The notes: generated from the sequence alone by a model not told the origin. Positions 17,223 to 26,723 are shown, counted from the first letter of the stretch. The stretch is DNA of 64,000 nucleotides from Candidatus Bathyarchaeia archaeon (GCA_038883655.1 JAVZLQ010000003.1:183099-247098), one strand, 5' to 3'. Made by a program: numbers and translations.

Positions 17223-17996
17223 TTAGGAAATGTAGGTTATTTTCTTGTCTTCTTCCTTCCGCGTTTCCTCAGCTTGCAAAATCCTCTTTTCTTCAATCTT
17301 TTGTAAGCGAGTAATCATCTTCTCCGCCTTCGCAATTTCCTCGTCCAAACCGCTCAAATCTAAATCAACCTTAATCACGGAAAGCAAAACCTCTAGTATG
17401 CTCTTCGCAGCCTTCGGGTCAGGCAAATAACCACGCGTTTCACCTAAAAGGCAGAGAGCAGCAATCTTCTTAAAGCGCGCCAACCCCAATATCAAACCAG
17501 CAGTGCCAACAATAGGGTTTCCAGCTGGGCTCATAATGGCACCAGCTTGCAAAGCCTTGTTCAGTAACTCCGCGTCTGTTGCAGATGCAATAACCTTTGG
17601 CTTGTCCTTTACTTCCATGCGATAGCCGCCAACAGTAATAATAGTTTTCACGTTATACGTTTTCGCAAAATTCAAAATTGTATCAGAAATTTCGTATTGC
17701 CCCTCAATCGTCTGCGCTTGGCTGTCACCTGTGAAAAAGATTAGGTCGCTGCCGCCTTTGCTGTTTTTCCAGAAATAAAATGTTCCACGTAAAAGTCTGA
17801 CGCTTCCCCTCTTATTGACGAGCACAAAGTATGGGAAATGTGGAGAATAGAGATACGCGAACCTTTCAGCCTTTAACTGCCTTATCAAGTAGCGTGTGGC
17901 TATTTTACCAACAAGCCCAAGACCAGGCAAACCCTCTATTAAAATGGGACTGTTTAATTCAACCTTTACAAGTTCCTTAACAAAAGTTTCCTTCAC
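17223..17996 (-). CDS. PAC2-family (proteasome assembly chaperone-like) protein
   Basis: ILIEGLPGLGLVGKIATRYL motif. 257 aa with a coiled C-terminal tail. The GTG start overlaps the Nop10 stop (GTGA). Confidence 0.65.
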   Translation of the reverse strand: MKETFVKELVKVELNSPILIEGLPGLGLVGKIATRYLIRQLKAERFAYLYSPHFPYFVLVNKRGSVRLLRGTFYFWKNSKGGSDLIFFTGDSQAQTIEGQYEISDTILNFAKTYNVKTIITVGGYRMEVKDKPKVIASATDAELLNKALQAGAIMSPAGNPIVGTAGLILGLARFKKIAALCLLGETRGYLPDPKAAKSILEVLLSVIKVDLDLSGLDEEIAKAEKMITRLQKIEEKRILQAEETRKEEDKKITYIS

Positions 17997-18160
17997 TTTC
18001 CGCTACCCTCTTTCAAAAGCATCCTATACTTGAGGTATTTATCATCTGGAGAGAACTTTGGCGGATGTGGCACACGAACCTTTCCACCACAATATGGACA
18101 AGTCTTCTTTTTCAATGTGTAGGCGCCACACCTTTCACACTTTCTTAAAAGCCAGACCAT
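17993..18160 (-). CDS. nop10: H/ACA RNP protein Nop10 (55 aa, below the ORF-track cutoff)
   Basis: My translation of the minus strand gives MVWLLRKCERCGAYTLKKKTCPYCGGKVRVPHPPKFSPDDKYLKYRMLLKEGSGK. It has the Zn ribbon C-x2-C...C-x2-C and the HPxxFSPDDKY signature. Its ATG overlaps the aIF2alpha stop (ATGA). Confidence 0.85.
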   Translation of the reverse strand: MVWLLRKCERCGAYTLKKKTCPYCGGKVRVPHPPKFSPDDKYLKYRMLLKEGSGK

Positions 18161-18963
18161 CACTTCTCCCTCTTAAAAACTCCTTGCCCACCAGCCTTAA
18201 CAACGTTCGAAATAACATTCTCGGCAACTCTCTGAAGCGTGCTTTCCGCATGCCTATAATTTTCCGCCATAACCTCAATGCAGTATCTTGGCGCAGCAAC
18301 AACATAAAACCGCATTTTCGCATCACGCACTTTTTCAGCCTTCTTAGCCTCCAAAAAAGCCTCTTTAATAACCTTAACACCATTCGGCTTCATACATCGA
18401 AGCTCAACTATCCCCTTCACCTTAACCATCGGCACGGGCATCCTTTCCCTCGCAATCTCAACAACAGCCTCAGCGATTTTTTCGGGCACTCCAAGCTTAA
18501 GCAAAAAGCCAGCACCGTCCCTTGCAGCCTTCTCAAAACTTTCGTATAAGCCGTACTCCTTCTCCATCAGCGCCCCCGCTTTCTCATAAACCTCTTCAAT
18601 CGACAAGCCAACCTTTTCCGCCACATTTCTAAGCAAGCCCTCAGCTTTCCGTTCACGCTTCCAAGACAAAATCTTCTCGATTTTCTCTCTTTTCGTAACC
18701 CTCCTCAAGGAAAGGTCTATATGCCCTTTTTCAGCATCAACCCGCAAAACCTTCAAAACAACCTTCTGGTTTTCACGAACAAAATCCCGAATGTTCCGAA
18801 TCCAAGCAGAAGAAATTTCAGAAATATGCAGCAGCCCCTTCTTATTATATTCATCAAGCCTCACATAAGCACCATAATCAGTAACAGACTCAACAGTAGC
18901 TATAACCAAATCCCCAACTTCAGGCCACTCTGGCTTCTTAAAGGACATAATGGCCGCCATCAC
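18160..18963 (-). CDS. eif2a: Translation initiation factor aIF2 alpha
   Basis: An S1 domain (PEVGDLVIATVESVTDYGAYVRLDEYNKKGLLHISE) precedes the helical and alpha-beta domains. 267 aa. Confidence 0.92.
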   Translation of the reverse strand: MMAAIMSFKKPEWPEVGDLVIATVESVTDYGAYVRLDEYNKKGLLHISEISSAWIRNIRDFVRENQKVVLKVLRVDAEKGHIDLSLRRVTKREKIEKILSWKRERKAEGLLRNVAEKVGLSIEEVYEKAGALMEKEYGLYESFEKAARDGAGFLLKLGVPEKIAEAVVEIARERMPVPMVKVKGIVELRCMKPNGVKVIKEAFLEAKKAEKVRDAKMRFYVVAAPRYCIEVMAENYRHAESTLQRVAENVISNVVKAGGQGVFKREK

Positions 18964-18968
18964 CTACT

Positions 18969-19190
18969 TTACTCGAATACCAGCACTATTTCGCCTTTTA
19001 TCACCGCTTTTCCGCCAGAAGGTTCTGCAAGTTCTGTCCCGCAAACGTTACAATTGATCCTGTTCGTGGCATAGCTGAAGATTATTTGTTCATTGCCGCA
19101 TTTAAGGCATTTCACCCTAACGAAGCTGCTCCGCGGCTTTGGAATAAGCTTCTCCCACTCGCTCACACCATAAACCTCCATATTAGGCAA
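18969..19190 (-). CDS. rps27e: Ribosomal protein S27e (eS27)
   Basis: FVRVKCLKCGNEQIIFSYATNRINCNVCG zinc ribbon. 73 aa. Confidence 0.9.
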   Translation of the reverse strand: MPNMEVYGVSEWEKLIPKPRSSFVRVKCLKCGNEQIIFSYATNRINCNVCGTELAEPSGGKAVIKGEIVLVFE

Positions 19191-19458
19191 TTGTCAACTT
19201 TCTGAGGCGCATGCCTTCCCTATGCCTCGTATAACCGCAAACCTTACACTTCAACTTTAAAGTCTGCTTCTTAGTGGTTTTTGAAAATTCTCGCTGAAGA
19301 GGATATTTCTGTCCACCATAACCCTTCTTTTCTCGCTCGTGATGGCGCTCACCCTTAGCAAGGGCCCTTCGCTTCCCAGCCTTATACAACGACACTGCAT
19401 GCAACTGGTGACTCTTACACCTTGGACAGTAAGTTCTAATTTCCTTTGGAACATTCAC
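19183..19458 (-). CDS. rpl44e: Ribosomal protein L44e (eL42)
   Basis: YCPRCKSHQLH...KGYGGQ...LKLKCKVCG. 91 aa. Overlaps rps27e by 8 nt. Confidence 0.9.
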   Translation of the reverse strand: MNVPKEIRTYCPRCKSHQLHAVSLYKAGKRRALAKGERHHEREKKGYGGQKYPLQREFSKTTKKQTLKLKCKVCGYTRHREGMRLRKLTIA

Positions 19459-19500
19459 TTAGACCACACCCAGCTTTGCATAAAGAAAACACACTCACAC

Positions 19501-20067
19501 TTATACTTTTTTAGCTACAAACCCAAGCTCAACCTTCTCAGCCAAACCCTGCTTAACAAGGATATTAGCGTTTTCAACAGGCAAAGACGCGACATCCTCA
19601 GCCTTAAAAGGCCCGTAAGCCTTCATGTCCGCACCAATTATCGCTGGAACATCAACTAAAAAACGCAAAACAACCCTTTTACGCGTGATTTCAACCTCTG
19701 CCTTCGGCAGAAATCCTCGAAGAACACTTTTGATGAAATTTTGGATAGCATCCGCAAAAGGCATAGCTCCACAATAAATTTTCGCCTCCTCAGCCGTTAA
19801 CATATCTTGCGGGATTTTTTCACCTTTTGCCAAAAGCTTAATCGCTTTTCTGTAACGTGTCAAAATTATTTCATTAACCATCTGCTTTACATTAACTAGT
19901 TCACGTTTCAGCAGACTCGCTTTAACGGTTTTCCTATCAAGCATCCGCCCCTCCTCTCTTAGCTTTCGCAGATAATCCGCAACCATAACATAAAAGTCTG
20001 GGGGAAGCCTTTGAAGCTCCTGATTTTTGACCTCGCGCTCCCAAGTTTCATATAAACTCTTGTACAA
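19501..20067 (-). CDS. gins51: GINS subunit, Gins51/Gins15-type
   Basis: A helical N-terminal domain (LYETWEREVKNQELQRLPPDFYVMVADYLRKLREE) precedes a small C-terminal beta domain. It abuts priS with no gap, the pairing reported for Sulfolobus Gins15-PriS. Confidence 0.6.
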   Translation of the reverse strand: MYKSLYETWEREVKNQELQRLPPDFYVMVADYLRKLREEGRMLDRKTVKASLLKRELVNVKQMVNEIILTRYRKAIKLLAKGEKIPQDMLTAEEAKIYCGAMPFADAIQNFIKSVLRGFLPKAEVEITRKRVVLRFLVDVPAIIGADMKAYGPFKAEDVASLPVENANILVKQGLAEKVELGFVAKKV

Positions 20068-21276
20068 TTATGTTACGACCTCCGCCCTATTTTTGCAGAT
20101 AAGCAAAACAGCTGCTGCCGTCGGTAACTCAACAATCTGATTTTTATATGGTCCAAAAGTTTCCTCGCCAATTCTAAACTTTGGCGCATCATAAACCTTT
20201 ACGCCGACAGAGCCGCCCTTGAAGGCTACAGCCATTTTAAACGGGTCAAAATCGTCGATTGCTGAAACTGGAAACTCCACCTTCTTTAAGCCCGTCTTAC
20301 CATTCAAGGTGTCAGCCAACCTAATAAGCCGATGCGTATCCGTCGTCACAACAGTGTCGATACTTACGGATGTCAACTTCACAATATGCCTAATAACCTT
20401 CGCCCAGGTTTGAGGGCCAACACCCCTAACATAGCCCAACGTTCCTGTTCTTTGAAAGTTTTTCAGAATTAAACTTTTATTGCGCATTATCGCGCTTACG
20501 AAGCGTCTTTCAAGCTCCACTTTCAAAAGGTCTTCTTCATTAGCACTTGCAATAAAGTCTTCTATGCCCGTTGCCAGTCGCTTAGGCCAACCAAAGCTAC
20601 GTATAAATTTACGCGAAGACCTCTCCGCCAGTATACTTTCAATGTTTAGGCCCAAGGCTGTAACATAATCAACAATCTCCTTTCGCTCCATTGCATCAAG
20701 CGTTTTAACAGCGTCACTTTCAACGTGAACGTGGTAACCTCTATGTCCAGAAAAGAACGTGTAAATCTCACTTTCTGAAAAGCCAAAATCTTGCTCCAAC
20801 ATCTCCAAAAGCTTAATCGTCTCCTTTTTCGCAGAATCCAAACATTCCTCGCAAGGCCAAGTGTTTACATCAAATTTTTCACTTCCACATATGGGACATC
20901 TTTCTGGAGTAACCCCCTTACCCACGAAACCGCAGTTGCCACATTTCCACTCATCATGAACCTTGTCACACGGCGTTGGTACGTGATCAGCATCTATATC
21001 AAAAATCAAATCCGCGCCAAGCCAACCCTTCATCGCCATATCTGCTTCGGGGTTCCTATAGTAAGCGCATGAAAAGTACGCGTCTTTTGGGGCGAATTCC
21101 CTAAAAAAACGTGTTAGCTCCTCCACGTTTTGGAAGCTTTTGTGGCGGAGCATCTGTCCCTCAAATGATAAGAAGCCGAATTCGCGCTGTTCGATTTTGG
21201 GAACAGAATAGTTTTGGAAAGTATTCTTGCTGTAATATTCTTGGAATATGTACTGCACAAAGTTAATTGACTTCAA
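20068..21276 (-). CDS. priS: DNA primase small (catalytic) subunit PriS
   Basis: Catalytic DLIFDIDADH, Zn knuckle CGNCG...CPICG and SGHRGYHVHV motif. 402 aa. Confidence 0.9.
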   Translation of the reverse strand: MKSINFVQYIFQEYYSKNTFQNYSVPKIEQREFGFLSFEGQMLRHKSFQNVEELTRFFREFAPKDAYFSCAYYRNPEADMAMKGWLGADLIFDIDADHVPTPCDKVHDEWKCGNCGFVGKGVTPERCPICGSEKFDVNTWPCEECLDSAKKETIKLLEMLEQDFGFSESEIYTFFSGHRGYHVHVESDAVKTLDAMERKEIVDYVTALGLNIESILAERSSRKFIRSFGWPKRLATGIEDFIASANEEDLLKVELERRFVSAIMRNKSLILKNFQRTGTLGYVRGVGPQTWAKVIRHIVKLTSVSIDTVVTTDTHRLIRLADTLNGKTGLKKVEFPVSAIDDFDPFKMAVAFKGGSVGVKVYDAPKFRIGEETFGPYKNQIVELPTAAAVLLICKNRAEVVT

Positions 21277-21309
21277 GCTTGCTCAGTTTTAAAGAAACAG
21301 AATTCGGCT

Positions 21310-22527
21310 TTAAACCTTCTTTTTCAGTGTTGTGAAACATATGTTATTCTTGATTTTGCTGCCGATGGCAAAAAGCGCAGAGTGTAGTTTGGTAAGACCT
21401 TTTTTGAACTTTTCCACAAGCATAAATCTTTCAATGCAAATGATTAACAATATATAGAAAAGCATCCACGTTAAGAAGTATAACTCGCCATACGTATCAT
21501 GAAAAGTTAGTGCCGCTTGGCTTCCACTATTAAGTCCTATTATTAGGATGGATGCCACCCGCAAAACATTTACGAAGTATGTTCCAAAAAATCCACAAAT
21601 GAAATATACAGCCTTTCTAAAACTCGAAAATTCTGAACGCTTGAAAAACACGAAAATTATTAGCACATAAAGAATTAAACTGTGAACACCAGAACAAGGC
21701 CAGTCCACAGTCGCACTATAACTAGCACCACCATAACGCACAGTCAAAAGAGGAAGCTTATAACCGGGTCTTGCTGGGTATGGGAAACTCAACACAACAG
21801 TGTAGCCTAGTATGTGGAGTAAAGCGGCTGATAAGGCTGTTGTTGGAAAAGTAATAAGCAGATGCACGGATAACTCCGATGGATAAAGTGTATTAATCAT
21901 ATATGCAGCAGTGATAACACCTAGCAGTGAAATTGAAATGGAAAACGTTTTCAATCCCAGCAGTCCATACGCAAAAATCACAGCTAACGTAAAGGATAAC
22001 CATAAAACAAGGTATTCGATGGACAATGGCCAGTGAAACGTTAAAAGGCTTTCTCGATCTACAGGCTCATTGACTCCCAAGTATTGACCAAGATCAAGAA
22101 TCACTTTAGTGGCACCCGGAATGGCGTTTACAAAAATGATGTACATCGTCGGTATCAGCAAACAAAAAATTCCTATTGCTAAGCGTTTAGTTGGTTTTTT
22201 ACAGAGAATTTGATCTCGGCTAGTTATGAATTCTATAAAGAACAGCCATACAAAAAACAAATAAAACATACGTCCTTTCCACGTTTCTTCAAAGACGAAC
22301 CTTGATGGAACAAAATTTGGCCAAGTTTTCACGTTAAAATATTGGAAACTTTCAATATCAAGGTAATCTATGACAAGCAACAGGGCTACTGGAAGCACTA
22401 GTAACAACAAAAAAACTGTATGAAATGAATATTTCCTCAAATTACTGAAAATTGTATTTTTGAATACTGCTTTCAAATTCGCTAGCCTCAGCGAGTTTAA
22501 TATTTTTAAGGGTATAAAAGCATTCAT
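21310..22527 (-). CDS. Archaeosortase/exosortase-family polytopic membrane protein
   Basis: Multi-TM protein carrying the family's Cys-Arg-His signature in order: VDWPCSGVHSL, then FVNVLRVASIL, then TFHDTYGE. The ATG overlaps the upstream gene's stop (ATGA at 22524-22527). Confidence 0.55.
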   Translation of the reverse strand: MNAFIPLKILNSLRLANLKAVFKNTIFSNLRKYSFHTVFLLLLVLPVALLLVIDYLDIESFQYFNVKTWPNFVPSRFVFEETWKGRMFYLFFVWLFFIEFITSRDQILCKKPTKRLAIGIFCLLIPTMYIIFVNAIPGATKVILDLGQYLGVNEPVDRESLLTFHWPLSIEYLVLWLSFTLAVIFAYGLLGLKTFSISISLLGVITAAYMINTLYPSELSVHLLITFPTTALSAALLHILGYTVVLSFPYPARPGYKLPLLTVRYGGASYSATVDWPCSGVHSLILYVLIIFVFFKRSEFSSFRKAVYFICGFFGTYFVNVLRVASILIIGLNSGSQAALTFHDTYGELYFLTWMLFYILLIICIERFMLVEKFKKGLTKLHSALFAIGSKIKNNICFTTLKKKV

Positions 22528-24281
22528 GACGTGTTAACCGCTTTTTTAAAAATGAGTAAGATGACTTTGATCAAACATAGGTTTCTAAGAGTTACCGATA
22601 GGAATTTGAATGCTGCCATTAAGATTGGGCGATAAAAAGAATCATAGCGAAATCTCATTTTGTCTAAAACGCTTGGTGGAAAAGGCAGGAAAAATTTTTC
22701 AGTCTTTATCAATGTGAACTTTTCCTTTTGCGCTGCTTTTTTAAATTCTGTAACATTCGGTTCAGAGATGTGTTCTGGATACCTAAAACCAAGCGCGTTT
22801 TTTATACGCTCATCAGGAAAACTTACAAAAAGCCATTTTTTAGTTATTCGTAACAATTCGTTAAAACCTATGTTTGGATTTATGGTGTGCTCAAGAACTT
22901 CGCTACAAATCGTGACCTCTGCGATATCTTGTTTAAAGGGCAGATAATTGACGTCGCACACGATTCGCTCAATGCTTGATGCTTTTTTTAAGGACTCCTT
23001 ATCTATGTCGCAACCAACATAATACTCTACATCAAAACCTTTTTCATACAAGTACTGGTTAAATGCGCCCAAACCACATCCAACGTCTGTTAAAACTGAA
23101 ATTTTTTTCCCAACAAACTTTGCCAGCAAGGACTGCAGTTTTTCATACCGTGCTCTATAACACAACTTTGCATCATACGTTTCTGGTCTATAATCTGGAA
23201 CTGTTTCCGTTTTTATCAAAGGTGCAAAAAATTTCCTCAGTTTGAGTTTAGGACCATTTAGAAGCGCTAGCACGAAGGCCCCAACAAATATTAGAAATGT
23301 AAAACCTAAAACCAAAACCATGTATGTTTGTGTTGGTTGGAATTTTTTGAAGATATACAGTTTACAGTTAACCGTATATTCATCGAAGAAATCCGGCTCT
23401 ATCACAGTTTTCTCGCTTCCATTTTGTATCGTGATTTTTCCAATGCCAACATTTGCATATGCTTCTTCTTCATATTTCCATTGCATATCATCCAAACCAA
23501 TTGTTATAGCAATAAATGTGATTTGTTTGCTAAAATCCCTAAACAATGTGGTGCCGAACAACGTTTGGTTATACAAATCTATGTTAAAATTTATCGTTTT
23601 GCCTAAAATGATTTCCTCTTTTGGCGCTATCAGATATGGAAGCCAGTTTCTGTCTCTTGTGATCAGAAGTAGGATCACATGGTTAATCTTACCGCTTAAA
23701 AGCTTGACAGATCCCTCAATTCTAAAGTTTTGTTCAGCAATTTGTTGAAAAGGGCATGCCAGCATAACTTGTTGAAATCTTGAACTTTGACCTTTTGAAG
23801 CTTGAACATGCACGCCAATATACTTGCTTCCGTAAAGATCTACATAATTGAAAAGCGTATAGTTTGCTTCTCCCTCAAACACCTTGACCGCATATGAAGA
23901 CGCTGGATCAATGAACCGCGTTTGGAGGGTAATGTTTGATGAACCCTCATTTGCGACAAGGCAGCATTGCTGTTGGAAAAGAATCCAATTTTCAAAGTCA
24001 AATGGTCGTCCTTCAATTTCATATGGAATTTGTTTAAGAGTTGGACATCCCTCCAATTCCACACGCGATGTTGTGTTAAATATTAGATAGACCTTGTCGG
24101 ATGCTGCGAATGGTGGAACTTCGATATTAACTGGAGAATTTCTAATAACGTTGAACGTGTAATTTTTGGTATTTACGTCTGTTTTTATAAAATCTAATAA
24201 AGTATAAACGATAAGAAAACCGAAAACTGCCGTTAACACAAGAATTGTGTAAAATATTAACTTTAGTTTTGTGCTTGTCAT
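22524..24281 (-). CDS. Bitopic membrane protein: ~320-aa sequon-rich extracytoplasmic domain + cytoplasmic class I SAM methyltransferase
   Basis: TM1 is LIFYTILVLTAVFGFLIVY and TM2 is MVLVLGFTFLIFVGAFVLALL. MTase motif I is VLTDVGCGLGAF, with CDID, then ICSEVLEHT. The preferred start is ATG 24281 (MTSTK), which overlaps the upstream stop as ATGA. The ORF-track start at 24401 adds 40 aa that overlap the upstream gene. Confidence 0.6.
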   Translation of the reverse strand: MTSTKLKLIFYTILVLTAVFGFLIVYTLLDFIKTDVNTKNYTFNVIRNSPVNIEVPPFAASDKVYLIFNTTSRVELEGCPTLKQIPYEIEGRPFDFENWILFQQQCCLVANEGSSNITLQTRFIDPASSYAVKVFEGEANYTLFNYVDLYGSKYIGVHVQASKGQSSRFQQVMLACPFQQIAEQNFRIEGSVKLLSGKINHVILLLITRDRNWLPYLIAPKEEIILGKTINFNIDLYNQTLFGTTLFRDFSKQITFIAITIGLDDMQWKYEEEAYANVGIGKITIQNGSEKTVIEPDFFDEYTVNCKLYIFKKFQPTQTYMVLVLGFTFLIFVGAFVLALLNGPKLKLRKFFAPLIKTETVPDYRPETYDAKLCYRARYEKLQSLLAKFVGKKISVLTDVGCGLGAFNQYLYEKGFDVEYYVGCDIDKESLKKASSIERIVCDVNYLPFKQDIAEVTICSEVLEHTINPNIGFNELLRITKKWLFVSFPDERIKNALGFRYPEHISEPNVTEFKKAAQKEKFTLIKTEKFFLPFPPSVLDKMRFRYDSFYRPILMAAFKFLSVTLRNLCLIKVILLIFKKAVNTS

Positions 24282-25471
24282 GTTTTTACTCTCCTTGTGA
24301 GAGATGCTGTTAGGACAAAGATGTAGAGAATAAATCTTAACATAATGGTTATAGAAAGCGGGAGCATAACACCGATCTGCAGAAAAAGTGGACAGTACCA
24401 TACTAGTGAATGAATTGTATTAACGATTTCAAAGGCTATTAAAGTCATTATTTGTTTATGCTTATTCCAGTTCATTGTGGCAATTGCCAACAGACAAATT
24501 TGAGGAATGTGCACTAGGGGATTGTAAAATGTGGAGAACGCAAGATATGAGAAGATTGCTAATGAGATCAAAGCTAAGGATTCTTTCTTGTCCTTGGCTT
24601 TTCTAGCAAGAAAGCTGATGCCAATAAGAGATGCGAATTGTAAGCTAAGGGATATGTAGGATAGTATGGGAAATTTCCATTCATATCTAAAGTGGTCATA
24701 GTACGTTGGGGCGTACAACGTTGCAAACTGCCAAGAATAGAGTGTGCCATCAAAAGTAGGGTGCATAAAACCTGTATGCCCAAAATATCCATCGATCAGA
24801 GCAAAAATCGATTCGGATGGCCCTCTTAAAAGGTGACTTGTTGCAACAGAAATGTACATTAAAGGGTCTGCTATGAGGTATGGTAATGATATCAACAGCA
24901 TTGTCAAAGCAAAAGAATACATAAGCACCACTTTTCTCTTTAAACCCTTGTAATAAATGATTAGTGGCGGTAAAAGTGCCACTGGATAAAATTTTGAAAG
25001 TGTACCGCATCCGCAAAAAAATCCAGCAAGCCAAGGATTCTCAAAAAAGTACAACGCCAGAAGTGCGAACGTTATTGCAATGGTATCTCCATGAGCAAGG
25101 ATAAGGGTGAAGTATATGACGGAGGGCATCAGAGTGATGATTAACGGTATGCTTAAGGTTCGCTCACGACTTAATTTAGCCACGTTCACGTACATTGTAA
25201 ATATCATAAGAAAGAATGTAAGTGCATTAAAGAATAATAAAATGAAGTTGTAAGCGTAAGAATTAGAAAAAGTGATGTATAGAAAGTAATATGGTAGTCT
25301 AGCTATTGGGGGATAACCCGAACGAAAATCAATAAAAGGTAAGAGGTTGTTTCTCTGTAGAAAGACATCTTCAAAATTAGTTTGAGGGAAAAAACCTAAA
25401 AAAAGCAGTATAACAATTATAGCTGCAAAGGCTGATAATTCCAAGCCGATAAACCGCCGTAATAGAGACAA
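24278..25471 (-). CDS. Polytopic membrane protein, GT-C-fold glycosyltransferase-like (DUF2029/PMT-like)
   Basis: About 10-12 predicted TM segments. An early loop (DFRSGYPPIARLPYYFLY) resembles the first-loop region of GT-C/DUF2029 proteins. TTG start. The family call is from general resemblance only. Confidence 0.4.
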   Translation of the reverse strand: MSLLRRFIGLELSAFAAIIVILLFLGFFPQTNFEDVFLQRNNLLPFIDFRSGYPPIARLPYYFLYITFSNSYAYNFILLFFNALTFFLMIFTMYVNVAKLSRERTLSIPLIITLMPSVIYFTLILAHGDTIAITFALLALYFFENPWLAGFFCGCGTLSKFYPVALLPPLIIYYKGLKRKVVLMYSFALTMLLISLPYLIADPLMYISVATSHLLRGPSESIFALIDGYFGHTGFMHPTFDGTLYSWQFATLYAPTYYDHFRYEWKFPILSYISLSLQFASLIGISFLARKAKDKKESLALISLAIFSYLAFSTFYNPLVHIPQICLLAIATMNWNKHKQIMTLIAFEIVNTIHSLVWYCPLFLQIGVMLPLSITIMLRFILYIFVLTASLTRRVKT

Positions 25472-25609
25472 CCGCGATCACCATGCTTAGATTTTAACTA
25501 AATTTCTTCGGCGTGCTTTTAAAACTATCTTACTGGAAACGCTTGAAAAATTTAATTTTAACAAATTATTATCTCTATAATTCCGATAAATCTTTGAGCG
25601 AGATGGGTG

Positions 25610-26704
25610 ATGAAGAAAAGGAGCGCGGATTATTCGTTTCTGATGCTATCTTTTATATTAGCATGTTTTCCTATGCTTTTTCTTGAAACTGTTTTCTTGG
25701 CATACATCGCCGTAAATAAACGCTATGTTGAGGTTGGAATGGGTTATAATGTTTGGTTTACTATGGATTGGGAAAATGACACTAATTGCATTGACAAACC
25801 TGTATTAGGCTATTATAAGTCTAATAACGTCGTCGTTTTACTTCAACACATAAAATGGTTTGATGAATTAGGCATAGATTTCGTAATTGTGAATTGGCAA
25901 GGAATATATTATAATCCTCCTTGCAACGAAAACGCACAATTATTTTTCCAAGTTCTAGCGAATTATACTGGAAAAAATAAAATTAAAGCGTGTATTTGCG
26001 TCCAAATAACTGGCAACTGGACCGATGAAACAGAAATCTACGATTATGTTTGGGACAATTTCGTAACAAAGTATTATCCAGTTTACCATCACTACCAAGG
26101 CAAACCACTAATACTGTTTTTCTCGGAATGCAGCACAATCTACAACAGCACAGATACACTCAAAAAGGACTCAAGGTTTACGGTCATATCAATGGGAGTT
26201 AAGAGTTACGATGACTGGTTATACAATGCCATTTACTACCCAGAAAGAGCAGATGAAAATCGCTGGTGCGCTGTGAAAAACTGGGAAGGAGACAGCCCGA
26301 GATGTCGCCATATCCCCGTAACGCCAAGATTCGATGAGCGTCACATTGGATATATTTCAGATAGACCTCCATCTATTGGTTATTATGTTGATCCAGAATT
26401 AACATGGTTATATGATGCAGAATGGGAAAAAGCGCTAAAGGCTGTCAAAGAAAACCAAGTTGATGTTATAACAATTTCTTGGTGGAACGAATTTGCAGAG
26501 CGAAGCCAAATAGAACCATGTTATGACGCCACAGCAAAAAGTGCAGACCCATATTTTATTTTTAATAAAACAAAATATTACATAAGCAGGTTGAGAGAAG
26601 AAACTTTGATGCTGGATTATTGGCATTTCAAAGTTTGCGTGGCGATCCTTACACCAACTATCTTTTGGGCGGTACTCATGAGGAAGCGTGTACAGATTAC
26701 TTAG
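25610..26704 (+). CDS. Secreted or anchored glycoside-hydrolase-like protein (GH99-like TIM barrel?)
   Basis: N-terminal TM/signal and a C-terminal TM. VLGYYKSNNVVVLLQHIKWFDELGIDFVIVNW and VITISWWNEFAERSQIEP resemble GH99-type motifs (Y.S.d..v...H......GI....vSWw and SFNEWhEGTqIE). Confidence 0.35.
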   Translation: MKKRSADYSFLMLSFILACFPMLFLETVFLAYIAVNKRYVEVGMGYNVWFTMDWENDTNCIDKPVLGYYKSNNVVVLLQHIKWFDELGIDFVIVNWQGIYYNPPCNENAQLFFQVLANYTGKNKIKACICVQITGNWTDETEIYDYVWDNFVTKYYPVYHHYQGKPLILFFSECSTIYNSTDTLKKDSRFTVISMGVKSYDDWLYNAIYYPERADENRWCAVKNWEGDSPRCRHIPVTPRFDERHIGYISDRPPSIGYYVDPELTWLYDAEWEKALKAVKENQVDVITISWWNEFAERSQIEPCYDATAKSADPYFIFNKTKYYISRLREETLMLDYWHFKVCVAILTPTIFWAVLMRKRVQIT

Positions 26705-26723
26705 AAGCAGAAAACTCTAGAGA

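Noticed and set aside
20921-20960. Additional UGAUGA-containing strings inside coding regions (for example near 430, 13675, 20945, 25135, 43445, 55810), considered as C/D-box sRNAs.
   Set aside because: None has a CUGA box at the expected ~12-nt distance together with a second C'/D pair and a terminal stem.
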